A stretch of 64,000 nucleotides of DNA from Candidatus Obscuribacterales bacterium (GTDB taxonomy: Bacteria > Cyanobacteriota > Vampirovibrionia > Obscuribacterales > Obscuribacteraceae), in assembly GCA_965228855.1 (NCBI GenBank), contig CBDDIJ010000003.1, forward strand, positions 2,048,001 through 2,112,000, in the 5' to 3' direction. The translations under genes were made by a program, and so were the position numbers. Positions 20,016-30,084 of this stretch are shown in pieces. The notes beneath the pieces were generated by a model that saw only the letters and a program-made list of their open reading frames with translations, searched no databases and had not been told where the DNA came from. Every line of letters starts with the position of its first letter. Position 1 is the stretch's first letter.

Positions 20016-21203
20016 CTAAACGAAACCCGATCGTTTCTTTGATTCTTTCGGACTGACGCTCACGCGTTTCACTCCGAGCGACACTAGATGCCGTTTGATC
20101 ATCTCAAAAAACTGTTCCCGGTCGGCGCCCCGTATGACTGCAAGATTGTGAGCCTCTGACAGTGCGACTGGATAGCCCCGTCCCTTGATGGCTTGAGACG
20201 CCACTACCGCGCAAGCGACTTCTCGCAGGATAAAGTTGTCGACCAGCCAGCGCGGACACTCAATACGAGCAATTTCACTGCCCACGTTCAGGTAGGAGAA
20301 ACATATCTGCTGCTCGTTATCGAAAAGCTTGGAGATGGTCTGGGCAGTTAGACAAAACGAGCTTCGGTAGCCGGCGGGCAACTTTCCGGTCAACAGCTGC
20401 CTGTCCGTCAGCGGCCATATCTTGGAGCAGGGAAAATTCTCTTCGTTGAGGCCCGCGCAATAGTCGCGACAGCTGCTTGTCTCGTACGGACAGATATTGG
20501 TGCGCAGCATGTTCACGATTTCAGAACTACGGCTATGGCTGATGTAGCCAACCAATGGAATGCCCGCGGATTGCAAGCCGCGAGTGCATTTTTGCATCCG
20601 GGCGAGAAAAGCGTCCTGATACCCCTGAGGCATCTTATCCACCGACCAGGGAATCAACGAACCGTCGTACAGCGCAACGACAGACAGTCCCCGACTGAGC
20701 GCCGCGAGTGCATGCTCGACCAGAAGTTCAAGTTCGTAGATTGTTCGCTCGAGTGAAACGAAAAGCTCGTCGATATGAACACGTCTTCTATCAACGAGCG
20801 GATACAAATCCTCTGGTCTATGATGCAGTCGCGGCGCGCTTTCAAGAACGGACGGCAGTTGCTCACCGTAAGAAATAATTGCATAACCGGCGTTGAGAAG
20901 ATAGCAATTGTGCACTTCGTGATGGCTCGGCATGATCTGCGATCCATCAACTCCTACGACCGTGTACTTTGCAGGAGGCTTGTCTATTTTGAAATCGGCG
21001 CCGAAAGCTTCTATCGGCGTCGCTACTGGCCACAAGACCCAACCCGAGTTTTTATCGAGTCTGTTTGAAAATTTTTCCTCTTCTCTGATAGCAGAATCAA
21101 GCGCATCGACCGCTCTCTCCAGAACCTCCTTGTGCTCAGCTTCCCGAACAGCATCGACTCCAACTTCCTGAATTTGTTTAAAAATCTTCGAGAGGTCAAG
21201 CAT
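20016..21203 (-). CDS. nurA: DNA double-strand-break repair nuclease NurA family
   Basis: VVGVDGSQI, ALYDGSL, VGYIS, EIARIECPRW, GYPVALSEAHNLAVI. Start set at ATG 21203 (GGAGA RBS). Confidence 0.9.
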   Translation of the reverse strand: MLDLSKIFKQIQEVGVDAVREAEHKEVLERAVDALDSAIREEEKFSNRLDKNSGWVLWPVATPIEAFGADFKIDKPPAKYTVVGVDGSQIMPSHHEVHNCYLLNAGYAIISYGEQLPSVLESAPRLHHRPEDLYPLVDRRRVHIDELFVSLERTIYELELLVEHALAALSRGLSVVALYDGSLIPWSVDKMPQGYQDAFLARMQKCTRGLQSAGIPLVGYISHSRSSEIVNMLRTNICPYETSSCRDYCAGLNEENFPCSKIWPLTDRQLLTGKLPAGYRSSFCLTAQTISKLFDNEQQICFSYLNVGSEIARIECPRWLVDNFILREVACAVVASQAIKGRGYPVALSEAHNLAVIRGADREQFFEMIKRHLVSLGVKRVSVSPKESKKRSGFV

Positions 21204-22575
21204 GCACATTCTCCGCAAAATACTTCAACTGCGTTCGCAGTTTGTACGGTGAGCTAAGCGAGTTATCATCAAGCTTTCGGAGGAAGTCGGTGAAGCGCCG
21301 GTCGTCCGAATCTGCTCTGCAACTCGCGTCCAATCTCACTATAAACTCAAACAGCCCATGCATCAAGTTTCGCGGTGGCGGCGTCTCATCGTTGCTGAAA
21401 AGCTTCGCACCCATAAGATATTCAGGCTCGTAGTTTGCGACAATAATTCGTTCCGACGGACTTCCCCTGTCGCACACGAAAACTTGAATATTTTCAAATG
21501 AGCTTGGCACTGCAGGCGGTGACATCGCTTGCATAAAAACCAGTGCGTTGAGAATCTGATTCAACCAGGAAACCAGGGTTTCAGTATCGACCTTTGGCTT
21601 AGTCGTGCTTTCATCTTTTAAGTCGATTCCGTCAGTGGGTGCGGTGATCAGAATCATCGACCCATCTCTGCGAGCGTAAAAATCGTACAGTCGACTGATA
21701 TTGGGATGGTCGACATTCTGGAGGGCACGCAAACGACGCAGTAAGTTTCCAAACAAAGCACCATTTATGGTGGCATTTACGATATCTTCACTTTCGAAAA
21801 TTTTCAGTTCGCGAGATTCGACCGGAGCGTTTTCGTTCCACAAGTCATGCATAACTTTGTGCTTGTCAGTCTTGTAACGCTGCAGCCAGCCGTCCAGGTT
21901 GCCACGGAAGAGCGGCTCCATATGCGACTCATCGTCATCTTCAAGACAGCGTAGTCGCCCTTTCCCGTCAATCGTGTAGCCCAAGCTGTTATAGATCGAC
22001 TCGCAATCGACGATAGTCTCGTTCCCTTCTCTAGTGGTTCTCGAAGCGGACGATATTACTTTAACAAAAGCACTGGGATAGATAAATTTTGTTTTGACTC
22101 GAATCTTGGAATTGCTGATTCGTTCTGCAACCCGCTTCATCGCCGTATTGGCGTCATCAAAAGAGGTGTACGGAGTCAGGATAAGATAGTGAGCCGGCTC
22201 GATAAAGCTGATTCGATCTTCGGACCGAAGGAACTTGAGGAGCACATTCACGACGGCTTTATCGAGCTGCTCTTTCTCCTGCTCCGAAGCTGTCTTATAC
22301 TCGAGAACCGATAACGATGCAAGACAGAACTCTCGACCGTCTTTTTGCGCACGACGACAATAACGGCTAAGAATTTCATGAAACGCCTCTGAGCTGAGAG
22401 GGCGCCTGGGTGCGTTCGGCGGTGTGGCACGGGCTTCAGTTTTCGAACTACCTGCAGACTTATCTGCAACCTCATCAAGTAGCTTCGGTGCACGCCTGTC
22501 AAAAATTCGACTTGGTTCCGGCACCAGTTTCTGAGCGGATTCTTTATTTCGCTTGTCTTTGTCTTTCAAACCCAC
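21196..22575 (-). CDS. Degenerate GGDEF-like domain fused to a pseudokinase domain
   Basis: FCLASLSV...LRSEDRISFIEPAHYLILTPYTSFDDANTAMKRV follows the GGDEF fold pattern without the GGDEF motif. LRALQNVDHPNISRLYDFY...WLNQILNALVFMQAMSPP matches kinase subdomains III-VI, but HRD and DFG are absent. Confidence 0.7.
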   Translation of the reverse strand: MGLKDKDKRNKESAQKLVPEPSRIFDRRAPKLLDEVADKSAGSSKTEARATPPNAPRRPLSSEAFHEILSRYCRRAQKDGREFCLASLSVLEYKTASEQEKEQLDKAVVNVLLKFLRSEDRISFIEPAHYLILTPYTSFDDANTAMKRVAERISNSKIRVKTKFIYPSAFVKVISSASRTTREGNETIVDCESIYNSLGYTIDGKGRLRCLEDDDESHMEPLFRGNLDGWLQRYKTDKHKVMHDLWNENAPVESRELKIFESEDIVNATINGALFGNLLRRLRALQNVDHPNISRLYDFYARRDGSMILITAPTDGIDLKDESTTKPKVDTETLVSWLNQILNALVFMQAMSPPAVPSSFENIQVFVCDRGSPSERIIVANYEPEYLMGAKLFSNDETPPPRNLMHGLFEFIVRLDASCRADSDDRRFTDFLRKLDDNSLSSPYKLRTQLKYFAENVHA

Positions 22576-22756
22576 TCTCCGATGTCATTGCCATTGGGGA
22601 AGCCCATAAATGGAGCTTTCCAGGCTCAGGTGCGCTGCTCGGCGGACCCAAGAATTGAAGTATCTATAACTAACTTTCCCAGAAATCGCTGTCTGAAGCG
22701 AATGCTATATCTTGTACAATCAGCAAGTTCAAACAGATTTCCGGGGCTTCTTCGCA

Positions 22757-23215
22757 ATGGCAAGGATTACAAGACTCTTTCCCAAAGACATGGAACTCAA
22801 GCCGACATTGGCTGGCCGAGTCAACCAGATCCGGGAATTCAGAAACCTCACCATTCGTGACCTTGCCAAAGACACTCGATTCACAACGGGGCGAATCGAA
22901 GACATCGAATCCGGTCTGGAAACCTGGCTCTCATCAGCGGACAGGCAGATCCTTGCCACAGCGTTGAGAATCGACCCTCAAGTTCTGAAAGACGTTGAAG
23001 TTCGTGCGGTTGAAGAGGAAGCGACGATCACCGAAGTTCCAATGGCAGTTTTGGAAGACCTGGCAGACGCTGTATTGCACGGAGAGCGCGATATTCCATG
23101 CCCACGCTGCAAAACAATTTTGAACTGCTCGATCCAGGAAGGAATAGATTTAGAAAACAATCAGATTTTCTTGCCGATGGCTTACTGCCCCAAGTGTCCG
23201 TTCGTTCTCAAATAG
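22757..23215 (+). CDS. XRE-type HTH protein with C-terminal Zn-ribbon
   Basis: IREFRNLTIRDLAK...IEDIESG...LATALRI; CPRC...CPKC. ATG 22757 is preferred over TTG 22712. Confidence 0.8.
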   Translation: MARITRLFPKDMELKPTLAGRVNQIREFRNLTIRDLAKDTRFTTGRIEDIESGLETWLSSADRQILATALRIDPQVLKDVEVRAVEEEATITEVPMAVLEDLADAVLHGERDIPCPRCKTILNCSIQEGIDLENNQIFLPMAYCPKCPFVLK

Positions 23216-23315
23216 CACCGCCTCTGGTGCTATCATTCCAGGTTCGCAAGGAGCCTTTCGAGTTATCTACCCGAGTTATCTACCATAGATGTAACGAGTT
23301 AGCGCGCCCTGGAAA

Positions 23316-24458
23316 TCAGGCTGGCGACACTGAGCGTTTCTCAAAGCACTCTCTTACCGTTTCATCAAGTCTAATTTTAATCCGGGCCAGACGTTCAGAG
23401 ATTTCAATTCTTTGTTTTTGCAGACCTAACATCTGCTGACGGCGGTGGTCGTCGAGAGCCTCGATAAACAGCTCGTGCAGGGCGATCTCCTCACCTTGAG
23501 TCCACCAGAGTTCTTCTATGACCGTTCCAATTTCATCATACTCAGCCTCGTCCATCATTTTGTCGAACAGACGATACTCGTTGCTGAGCATATATTCGAA
23601 TGCGGTTCGCACCTCTTCTCGCAGGTTTTGAGCACCTTGAGAAACGATAGATGCGGTGACTTTCTGATCTAATGAGCCGACGCGATCGCTGAGAACATCC
23701 AGAGTTTCGTCGAGCAAATAGCGTTTGAAAGAGACCTGAGTCCAGAGGAAATCTGCGAAGTACGCCACACAAACCCGATGAACGATTTCCAAACGGCTGG
23801 GCAGATACGATAGCGGCAAACGGCTTCTCACCGCCAATTGCGACAGTGCGCGCACATCACCGTAAAGTCGGTCGATCAACTCGCGCATTCCGCTAACGGT
23901 CGCATCGCGCAAGGTCGGAAGCTCCGGTTCTAAACTGGCGTTGACCGCCATGATGATCAAAATTTCGCGACGAAGGAAAGTCAAGTTCGCGCCCATGTCT
24001 TCGAACACTTTGATCGCGGTTGCATCGCTCAAATCAAGGATACCGAGCAACAAGTGCACCGGCTCGATATCGGTTTCTCCGAAAAACAGCGAGTAGTCGA
24101 ATGCTCGAGTCAATGCTTGAACAGTGAGATCGCTGAACCCGATGGGTTGGTCTACGCTCTGCGGCTGGACCGCCGGTTTTGGAAAACCGCTTTCCAGAAC
24201 GTCGGGGCGGTCGGAGTAAAGAAGTTCTGATTCCGGGTTGTCTTTAAACTGGCGTTCGACCTCATTGCGAACGCTTACCTCGTCCATCTTCATGGTCTCG
24301 AGCGCATGCGTGGCCAGGGAATCGGGGTCGGCAGTCAGAGCTACGAGCAAATGCTGCGTGCAAACGTAAGAATGACCCATATTGAGGCACTCCGCCATCG
24401 CGTGTTGCACCACACTCAGAAGCGACTCGCCAGCTCTCTCGAACACCGTATCAATCAT
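23316..24458 (-). CDS. Stand-alone Clp N-terminal (repeat) domain protein lacking an AAA+ module
   Basis: AMAECLNMGHSYVCTQHLLVAL and FSDLTVQALTRA...IEPVHLLLGIL are two Clp_N repeats. The C-terminus is helical with no Walker A. Confidence 0.8.
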   Translation of the reverse strand: MIDTVFERAGESLLSVVQHAMAECLNMGHSYVCTQHLLVALTADPDSLATHALETMKMDEVSVRNEVERQFKDNPESELLYSDRPDVLESGFPKPAVQPQSVDQPIGFSDLTVQALTRAFDYSLFFGETDIEPVHLLLGILDLSDATAIKVFEDMGANLTFLRREILIIMAVNASLEPELPTLRDATVSGMRELIDRLYGDVRALSQLAVRSRLPLSYLPSRLEIVHRVCVAYFADFLWTQVSFKRYLLDETLDVLSDRVGSLDQKVTASIVSQGAQNLREEVRTAFEYMLSNEYRLFDKMMDEAEYDEIGTVIEELWWTQGEEIALHELFIEALDDHRRQQMLGLQKQRIEISERLARIKIRLDETVRECFEKRSVSPA

Positions 24459-24628
24459 GAAGAACTCCAGTTAAAATATGTTCACCTGAATTTGAGGCTC
24501 AGGCCCAAGTCAGACAATGAATCATGACGGCATAGTACTTTCTTGATTACAGTATGGCAACTTTTAACGGCGTTCATGGCGGTACAATCAACAGTCATTG
24601 ACACACCGGAAACCAGTGGGGACCGCAC

Positions 24629-25426
24629 TTGAGAATTCTTATCGCCAATGATGACGGCATCTATGCGCCTGGGATAAAGGCGCTAGCGACGCGGCTAGCC
24701 GAAGAACCGCAGCATGAAGTATATGTGGTCGCACCAGACCGAGAACGCAGTGCCACCGGGCATTCGCTCACGTTACATAAACCGTTACGTGTCGAAGAGA
24801 TAGAAATGCCAGGCAAGATGAGACGCTGTTGGTCGACAACAGGCACGCCAAGTGATTGCGTTAAACTCGCAATCTCCGTCCTGATGGAGCAAAAGCCGGA
24901 CCTTGTCATCTCGGGCATCAACAATGGGGCGAACCTCGGTGCAGAGGTTTTGTACTCCGGGACGGTAGCGGCTGCAATGGAAGGCGCTTTCCTCAAGGTC
25001 CCCAGCATCGCGATCAGTATGGTCACCAAAGACCAAGGGAAACACTTTGATGTAGCCGCAGATTTTATGGCTCGCTTCCTCAAGGTTTACAAGAGTGCGA
25101 TTTTCGGTCCCAAGACGCTCATAAACATCAACGTCCCCAGTTTACCTGCCAAGAAAATCAAAGGGGCACGCGTGACCGAGCTGGGAATTCGCTCATACAA
25201 TGACTGGTTCGAAAAACGCCACGACCCACGCGGTCGCGACTATTACTGGCTCACCGGTCATGCAATCGACGAAGGTGAGGCAGAAACCTCAGACGCCTAT
25301 GCACTTCAGCATGACATGATCTCCATCACCCCTGTCACGTTCAACATGACAGACAGAGGCGCTCTACCTACTCTTGAAGCGCTGCCCGGATTGTTCGACC
25401 TGAAAGAGTTCGCAAAAACTAAATGA
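24629..25426 (+). CDS. surE: 5'/3'-nucleotidase SurE
   Basis: ILIANDDG, VVAPDRERSATGHS, GTPSDCV, SGINNGANLG, YSGTVAAAMEG. Confidence 0.96.
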   Translation: MRILIANDDGIYAPGIKALATRLAEEPQHEVYVVAPDRERSATGHSLTLHKPLRVEEIEMPGKMRRCWSTTGTPSDCVKLAISVLMEQKPDLVISGINNGANLGAEVLYSGTVAAAMEGAFLKVPSIAISMVTKDQGKHFDVAADFMARFLKVYKSAIFGPKTLININVPSLPAKKIKGARVTELGIRSYNDWFEKRHDPRGRDYYWLTGHAIDEGEAETSDAYALQHDMISITPVTFNMTDRGALPTLEALPGLFDLKEFAKTK

Positions 25427-26388
25427 GCGAATCAGCACTACTGACACTAAAACAGTACGGGCTCGACCCCAATCTGGCAATCAAGTCATTCTTCAAAGAT
25501 CCTGACTGGGTGCTGAAAACGGCAGTCGGCGGTGTGTGGAACGCGAGTTCGCTTTTGTTGATGTTTTTTCTAAACATCTATCCGGTTTTAATTCCCATCA
25601 TATTCACACTCTGGGCTATTAACACCGGCTACATCCTGCGCGTGATGCGAACCCGATTGCGCGATCCCGAGGGTGTCTTGCCCGCCTGGAATGATTGGCA
25701 AGATTTGTTCGTCTCCGGCATGAGCTGGCTTGCCATCATCACTGGTGTCATCATCGTTTTCCTTTTCCTCGGTGCAACGAATCTTTTGATAGCGTCGATA
25801 CTCTCGGCTATCAAACAGTACACTCAGCTATTTGCTCTCTGGATGAGTGCCTCCATCATTTTCTTACTTGCGTTTTCATTGCTGACAAACCTGGTGCTTG
25901 TTGCCACCATGGCAAATTTCGCCCAGGAAGAAAACACTATGGCCGCTTTTGCATTTTTCAAAGTTTTGAAACGCATCTTTAAACGTCCCGGCGACTTCTT
26001 CGCCGCGTGGATGCTCGGTATCGGAATTCAAGCGCTCAGCATCATCATACCGGCATGCACCATCATTGGTATCTTTTTCCTTCCGTCAACAATATTCGCA
26101 GGCCAACTAATCGCCTCTTCGCTTCTGGCTCAAGCCTGGGCATCAGCCGAAACTGCGTCAACAGGCTCACCGCCCGGCCATAGAAGTCCAGCGAATCTGG
26201 ATGATCGACCAGTCTCCACACCCGCTATTACTGACGAGCCAACAAGTTCGGGCTCGACAATTAAAGCCTCCGATACGAAACAACCGGAAGAGCCCAAGCG
26301 CAATTCGACGACTGAAGCTGACAAAGCTGACAGTGACAAGACTGACAGTAACACAGCCGACCGTAGCGCTGACAGTAACAATGTGTAA
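25423..26388 (+). CDS. DUF4013-like membrane protein
   Basis: FKDPDW..K, GYILRVMR, LPAWNDWQDLFVSG, several TMs, and a low-complexity tail. Overlaps the surE stop (ATGA). Confidence 0.8.
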   Translation: MSESALLTLKQYGLDPNLAIKSFFKDPDWVLKTAVGGVWNASSLLLMFFLNIYPVLIPIIFTLWAINTGYILRVMRTRLRDPEGVLPAWNDWQDLFVSGMSWLAIITGVIIVFLFLGATNLLIASILSAIKQYTQLFALWMSASIIFLLAFSLLTNLVLVATMANFAQEENTMAAFAFFKVLKRIFKRPGDFFAAWMLGIGIQALSIIIPACTIIGIFFLPSTIFAGQLIASSLLAQAWASAETASTGSPPGHRSPANLDDRPVSTPAITDEPTSSGSTIKASDTKQPEEPKRNSTTEADKADSDKTDSNTADRSADSNNV

Positions 26389-26415
26389 GTCCTGTCTCAG
26401 TGGCTATCGGAAACC

Positions 26416-26567
26416 CAGGATCTCGAAGATACTGAGGATACTTAAGTACCGAAGATACTGATGATACTGCGGACATAGACAGTCTGAAAATACCGAGGTT
26501 ACTGCTTATACCGCGAATATTCTATATTCTGAAAGTCCCGAGGAGACTGCTTATTACCGCGGATAGT
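26416..26567. repeat. Degenerate 9-bp tandem repeat array (consensus near GARGATACY)
   Basis: Units include gaagatact, gaggatact, taagtacc, gaagatact, gatgatact, gaaaatacc, gaggttact, gcttatacc. There is also a 45-bp-offset higher-order duplication (26483 vs 26528). Confidence 0.65.
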
Positions 26568-26577
26568 TTTGACAGGC

Positions 26578-26606
26578 GATAAAAGAGGGCACCGCAAACG
26601 GTGCCC
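26578..26606 (-). terminator. Rho-independent terminator of the 26638..27066 gene
   Basis: GGGCACCG-caaa-CGGTGCCC stem (26587-26606), followed on the minus strand by TCTTTTAT. Confidence 0.75.
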
Positions 26607-26637
26607 CATGTTATCTCGAACCTAGAACTTCCAAACT

Positions 26638-27066
26638 TTAGAAGTTGAATACACTGCGGATAGTGTTCAAAACGCTCGGATTGTTATTGTGCACATAATC
26701 CCAAAAACGCGGATCGTTGTACTGATTCCAGTCATAATTACCATTCCAGCTGTTGTTGTGGTATGCATTCCACTGGGTGCGAAGCTGAGCATCGAGTTGT
26801 GCGCGTTGAGCGGCGTTTAACCGAGCGCTTCGAGCAGCCCAATTTGAATGCAAGTAAGTGCGTTGATCGTTCCAATTGTGGCGATTCCAATCCCACTTCG
26901 CCGCTTGCCTGACAGCTTTTCTGCGTTTTTTATAATAACGCTTGACTGATTTGCGCTGATGCTTCGAGTAATGACGCCCATGATTATCATGTGCCATCGC
27001 AGCCGGTGCCGCAAAGCTGATTAGCGCGACGAGAGCTACTAATTTTGTGTACGTTGATTTAAGCAT
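26638..27066 (-). CDS. Small exported basic, W/N-rich protein
   Basis: AGGAG RBS; signal peptide ending AMA; HDNHGRH...KRYYKKRRK; WDWNRHNWN and WNGNYDWN segments. Confidence 0.85.
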   Translation of the reverse strand: MLKSTYTKLVALVALISFAAPAAMAHDNHGRHYSKHQRKSVKRYYKKRRKAVRQAAKWDWNRHNWNDQRTYLHSNWAARSARLNAAQRAQLDAQLRTQWNAYHNNSWNGNYDWNQYNDPRFWDYVHNNNPSVLNTIRSVFNF

Positions 27067-27267
27067 ATCTTCTCCTGAATAAGTCCCTTCACGCGAACAT
27101 TACGGCCCTATCTACCAGCTAGACATAGTTTATCTAGCATGAATTTTTAAATTGAGGCTTCGAGTAATTTACGCTCCCGTCCCGGTCGGACGATCCCCCT
27201 CGGCAAGTCCAGTTGGACCGTTCCCTCGTATCCGACCAGCCCCCCCTCCCGGCAACTGCTTACCGAA

Positions 27268-27425
27268 CTTCGTTTGTCATTCGAAGGTAGCGGCTCATTC
27301 TATATCTTCGTCTGGTATCGTCGCTCAGGTGTATGCTCTTCGTCTGGTATCGAGGCTCAGAGCAAACTACTTCGTCTGCCCCCCTTAGTACCATTCAGCG
27401 ATGGTGCCTTAGAGCGTTACTTCGT
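27268..27425. repeat. Degenerate direct repeats of about 32 bp downstream of the hybrid kinase
   Basis: CTTCGTCTGGTATCG-nn-GCTCAG at 27306 and 27338, CTTCGTCTG at 27370 (period 32), and CTTCGT again at 27268 and 27420. Confidence 0.6.
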
Positions 27426-29849
27426 CCGACTTGTATCACTGGTCAGTTCACCCACTTCGTCAGCCTCCGCGGTGCTCTGCACCGGCTCTATCAGAGTCGT
27501 CTGCTTCTGCGAAGTTTCGTTTTTCGACGCCCACTTTCTCAAGCACTGACTTAGCTGTTCAAGAGAAGCCGGTTTGGACAAATAATCGTCCATGCCAGCA
27601 GCGATGCACTTCTCGCGGTCTCCGCCCATCGCATGGGCAGTCAATCCGACGACAGAGACGTGTCTGCCTGTCAGTGCTTCCGCTTTGCGAATTTCCTTCG
27701 TCGCCTCTAGTCCATCCATATCCGGCATCTGACAATCCATCAGCACCATCGCATAATTTTCCTTTTGAACAGCAGCAACAGCTTCCCGACCGGTTGCCAC
27801 CACGCAGCAATTGTATCCAAGCTTCTTAAGCTGCAGTTGCGTGACCATCTGGTTCACAGGATTATCTTCGGCCAGTAGTACAGTGGTGCCCTCCGGTGCA
27901 AATTTAACGAAAGTGCCCGAAGTAGTTTTCAACTCCGATGGTTGCAACGTAACGGCGCCGCACATCAGTTTCGCGAGGCAGTTATATAAGCAGGATTGCT
28001 CAAGAGGTTTTGTCAGGTATGCTGAAAAGCCCCTCTCCAGTGCCTCTTCGCCTAGCCCCTGCTTATCGTGGTTGGTGCAAAGAATAACTTTGGTTTCGTC
28101 AAGTTCTGGAATGCTCTGTACTTTCGCCAGGAAATCGAAGCCGCTGCTGTCTGGGAGTTCCAATTCCGTCACAACTAGATCGTATGGGTCTCCAGCCTCA
28201 CCTTGCTCCTTGAGCATGCGAAGCGCGTCTTCACTGGTGGTTGCAGAGTCGCATCGTAATCTCCAAGAAGAGATGTAAGCGCGCAAGATGTTTCTGGCAC
28301 TGGATTGTTCGTCCACGACCAGAACTCGAGTGTCTGCTAACTCCTCAGGAACGCGAAGTTTGAGTTGATCGGCAGTTTTTGCTTCGTGTAGAGAGACGAC
28401 AAAGTAGAACGTAGAGCCTTTACCAGGATGACTGCTCACGCCAATTTCGCCACCCATGAGTTCGACCAGGCGCTTAGAGATCGATAAACCCAAGCCTGTG
28501 CCCCCGAATTTGCGCGTCGTCGAGCCGTCCGCCTGAGTAAACGGCCGGAAGAGGCGCCCAACCTCTTGTTCGTTCATTCCGATACCGGTGTCGGAGATGC
28601 TGAATGAGACAAGTATCGGCTCATCATGACTTTCGGGAGCGGTATCGTCGGTCGTGGCATGGTCAATTGCGGCAGCTTCAGTGGTGGCAGGTCCGGCACC
28701 GTTGCCTTCACTTGATGCCGATGAGAGTCCTGACGTGCCGCTGTCACCGCCAGTAGTGGCACCAACTTCTCCAGGGAACCTGCTTGCAGAACCAAACTTG
28801 GCGGTCGTCGAGCTGGCAGTGCCAGCCGTATCTTCTGAGGGACGAACTCTTGTAGCGCGAACGATGATTTCACCGGATTGCGTGAATTTGATCGCGTTAC
28901 CAATCAGATTTACCAGCACTTGTCTTAATCGCCCAGGGTCTCCGACCAGGACACGGGGAAGTTCCGGGTCGATAAAGGTCAACAAACTCAACTTCTTATC
29001 ACGAGCGGACTCAGAAAGAATTGCCGCAGTCCCCTCAACGAGTGGCGCAAGCGAAAAATTTACCGGCTCGAGGTCCATTTTCCCCGCGGCAATCTTCGAT
29101 AGGTCGAGGATATCGTTTATCAAAGTCAGCAATCCTTGCGCGGACTCTTTAATACGCTCGGTGAATTCGTACTGTTCCGGCTCTAGTTGCGTGTCGAGTA
29201 ATAGCTCGGAAAAACCAATCACAGCATTCATCGGAGTTCGGATCTCGTGACTCATGTTCGCAAGAAATTCATCCTTGAGCTTGTCGGCCTTCTGAAGCTG
29301 GTTGCTGCGCTCTTCAAGTAGCTCGGCTTCCTTGGCCTTCCGAGCAAGTTCAGCTTCCACCAGCTGCTTCTCAGCTTGAAGGCGCTCTTGAAGCTCCAGG
29401 ACTCTGCGCTCCTCCATCTCACGAATCATGCGAGACTGCATTTGAATACGGCGGTTTTTGTTGTAACTATCGACGAAGAAGTTGACCTTGGAGAGGAGCA
29501 CCTGAGGGCGAAAAGGTTTGGTTATGAAGTCTACTGCGCCGAGAGCGTACGCCTCCGACTCATGCAGGTCCTCGGTGTACATCGCGGTCAGGAAAATAAT
29601 CGGCGTATGCTTAAGAATTTCACGCTGCCGAATAAGAGCTGCGGTCTCATATCCATCCATGTCCGGCATTTGAATATCGAGCAGGATGAGAGCCACTTCG
29701 TGATTCAAGAGTAGTTTCAGAGCTTCCCGGCCAGAGCCGGCTCTGATGACCTCCTGATCTATACTCGCAAGCAAGGCGTCCAGAGCAATCAAGTTCTCTG
29801 GCTGGTCATCAACTATCAGAATTTTCGCTTTGCTATCAGCGTTAGTCAT
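27417..29849 (-). CDS. Hybrid histidine kinase REC-coiled coil-HisKA-HATPase-pseudoREC-REC
   Basis: [10 protein letters not shown]...[61 protein letters not shown]. Confidence 0.94.
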   Translation of the reverse strand: MTNADSKAKILIVDDQPENLIALDALLASIDQEVIRAGSGREALKLLLNHEVALILLDIQMPDMDGYETAALIRQREILKHTPIIFLTAMYTEDLHESEAYALGAVDFITKPFRPQVLLSKVNFFVDSYNKNRRIQMQSRMIREMEERRVLELQERLQAEKQLVEAELARKAKEAELLEERSNQLQKADKLKDEFLANMSHEIRTPMNAVIGFSELLLDTQLEPEQYEFTERIKESAQGLLTLINDILDLSKIAAGKMDLEPVNFSLAPLVEGTAAILSESARDKKLSLLTFIDPELPRVLVGDPGRLRQVLVNLIGNAIKFTQSGEIIVRATRVRPSEDTAGTASSTTAKFGSASRFPGEVGATTGGDSGTSGLSSASSEGNGAGPATTEAAAIDHATTDDTAPESHDEPILVSFSISDTGIGMNEQEVGRLFRPFTQADGSTTRKFGGTGLGLSISKRLVELMGGEIGVSSHPGKGSTFYFVVSLHEAKTADQLKLRVPEELADTRVLVVDEQSSARNILRAYISSWRLRCDSATTSEDALRMLKEQGEAGDPYDLVVTELELPDSSGFDFLAKVQSIPELDETKVILCTNHDKQGLGEEALERGFSAYLTKPLEQSCLYNCLAKLMCGAVTLQPSELKTTSGTFVKFAPEGTTVLLAEDNPVNQMVTQLQLKKLGYNCCVVATGREAVAAVQKENYAMVLMDCQMPDMDGLEATKEIRKAEALTGRHVSVVGLTAHAMGGDREKCIAAGMDDYLSKPASLEQLSQCLRKWASKNETSQKQTTLIEPVQSTAEADEVGELTSDTSRTK

Positions 29850-30084
29850 TACTAAAACTTGAACCGAGGTGGTGTGAAAGCTGTCGTATCTTTATTCTTA
29901 GACATAGTAGCTTATTAAGTAGACCTAGCAAATCTCCCGCCAGGTGATGCCGGCAAAAAGCTGCAAATGTCCGCCGAGATTAAATTTGGGACGTGGAGGA
30001 AGCCTTTACTATTGTGGATCGTTTAACTTTCGCCACAGTTTCAACAGGTCCCGCCAAACTGCACTGTCTGGCGGGACGCCTCAC

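Noticed and set aside
27306..27378. Mini-CRISPR interpretation of the 32-bp-period repeats
   Set aside because: Spacers are only about 9 bp, there are two good copies, and no cas genes are present.
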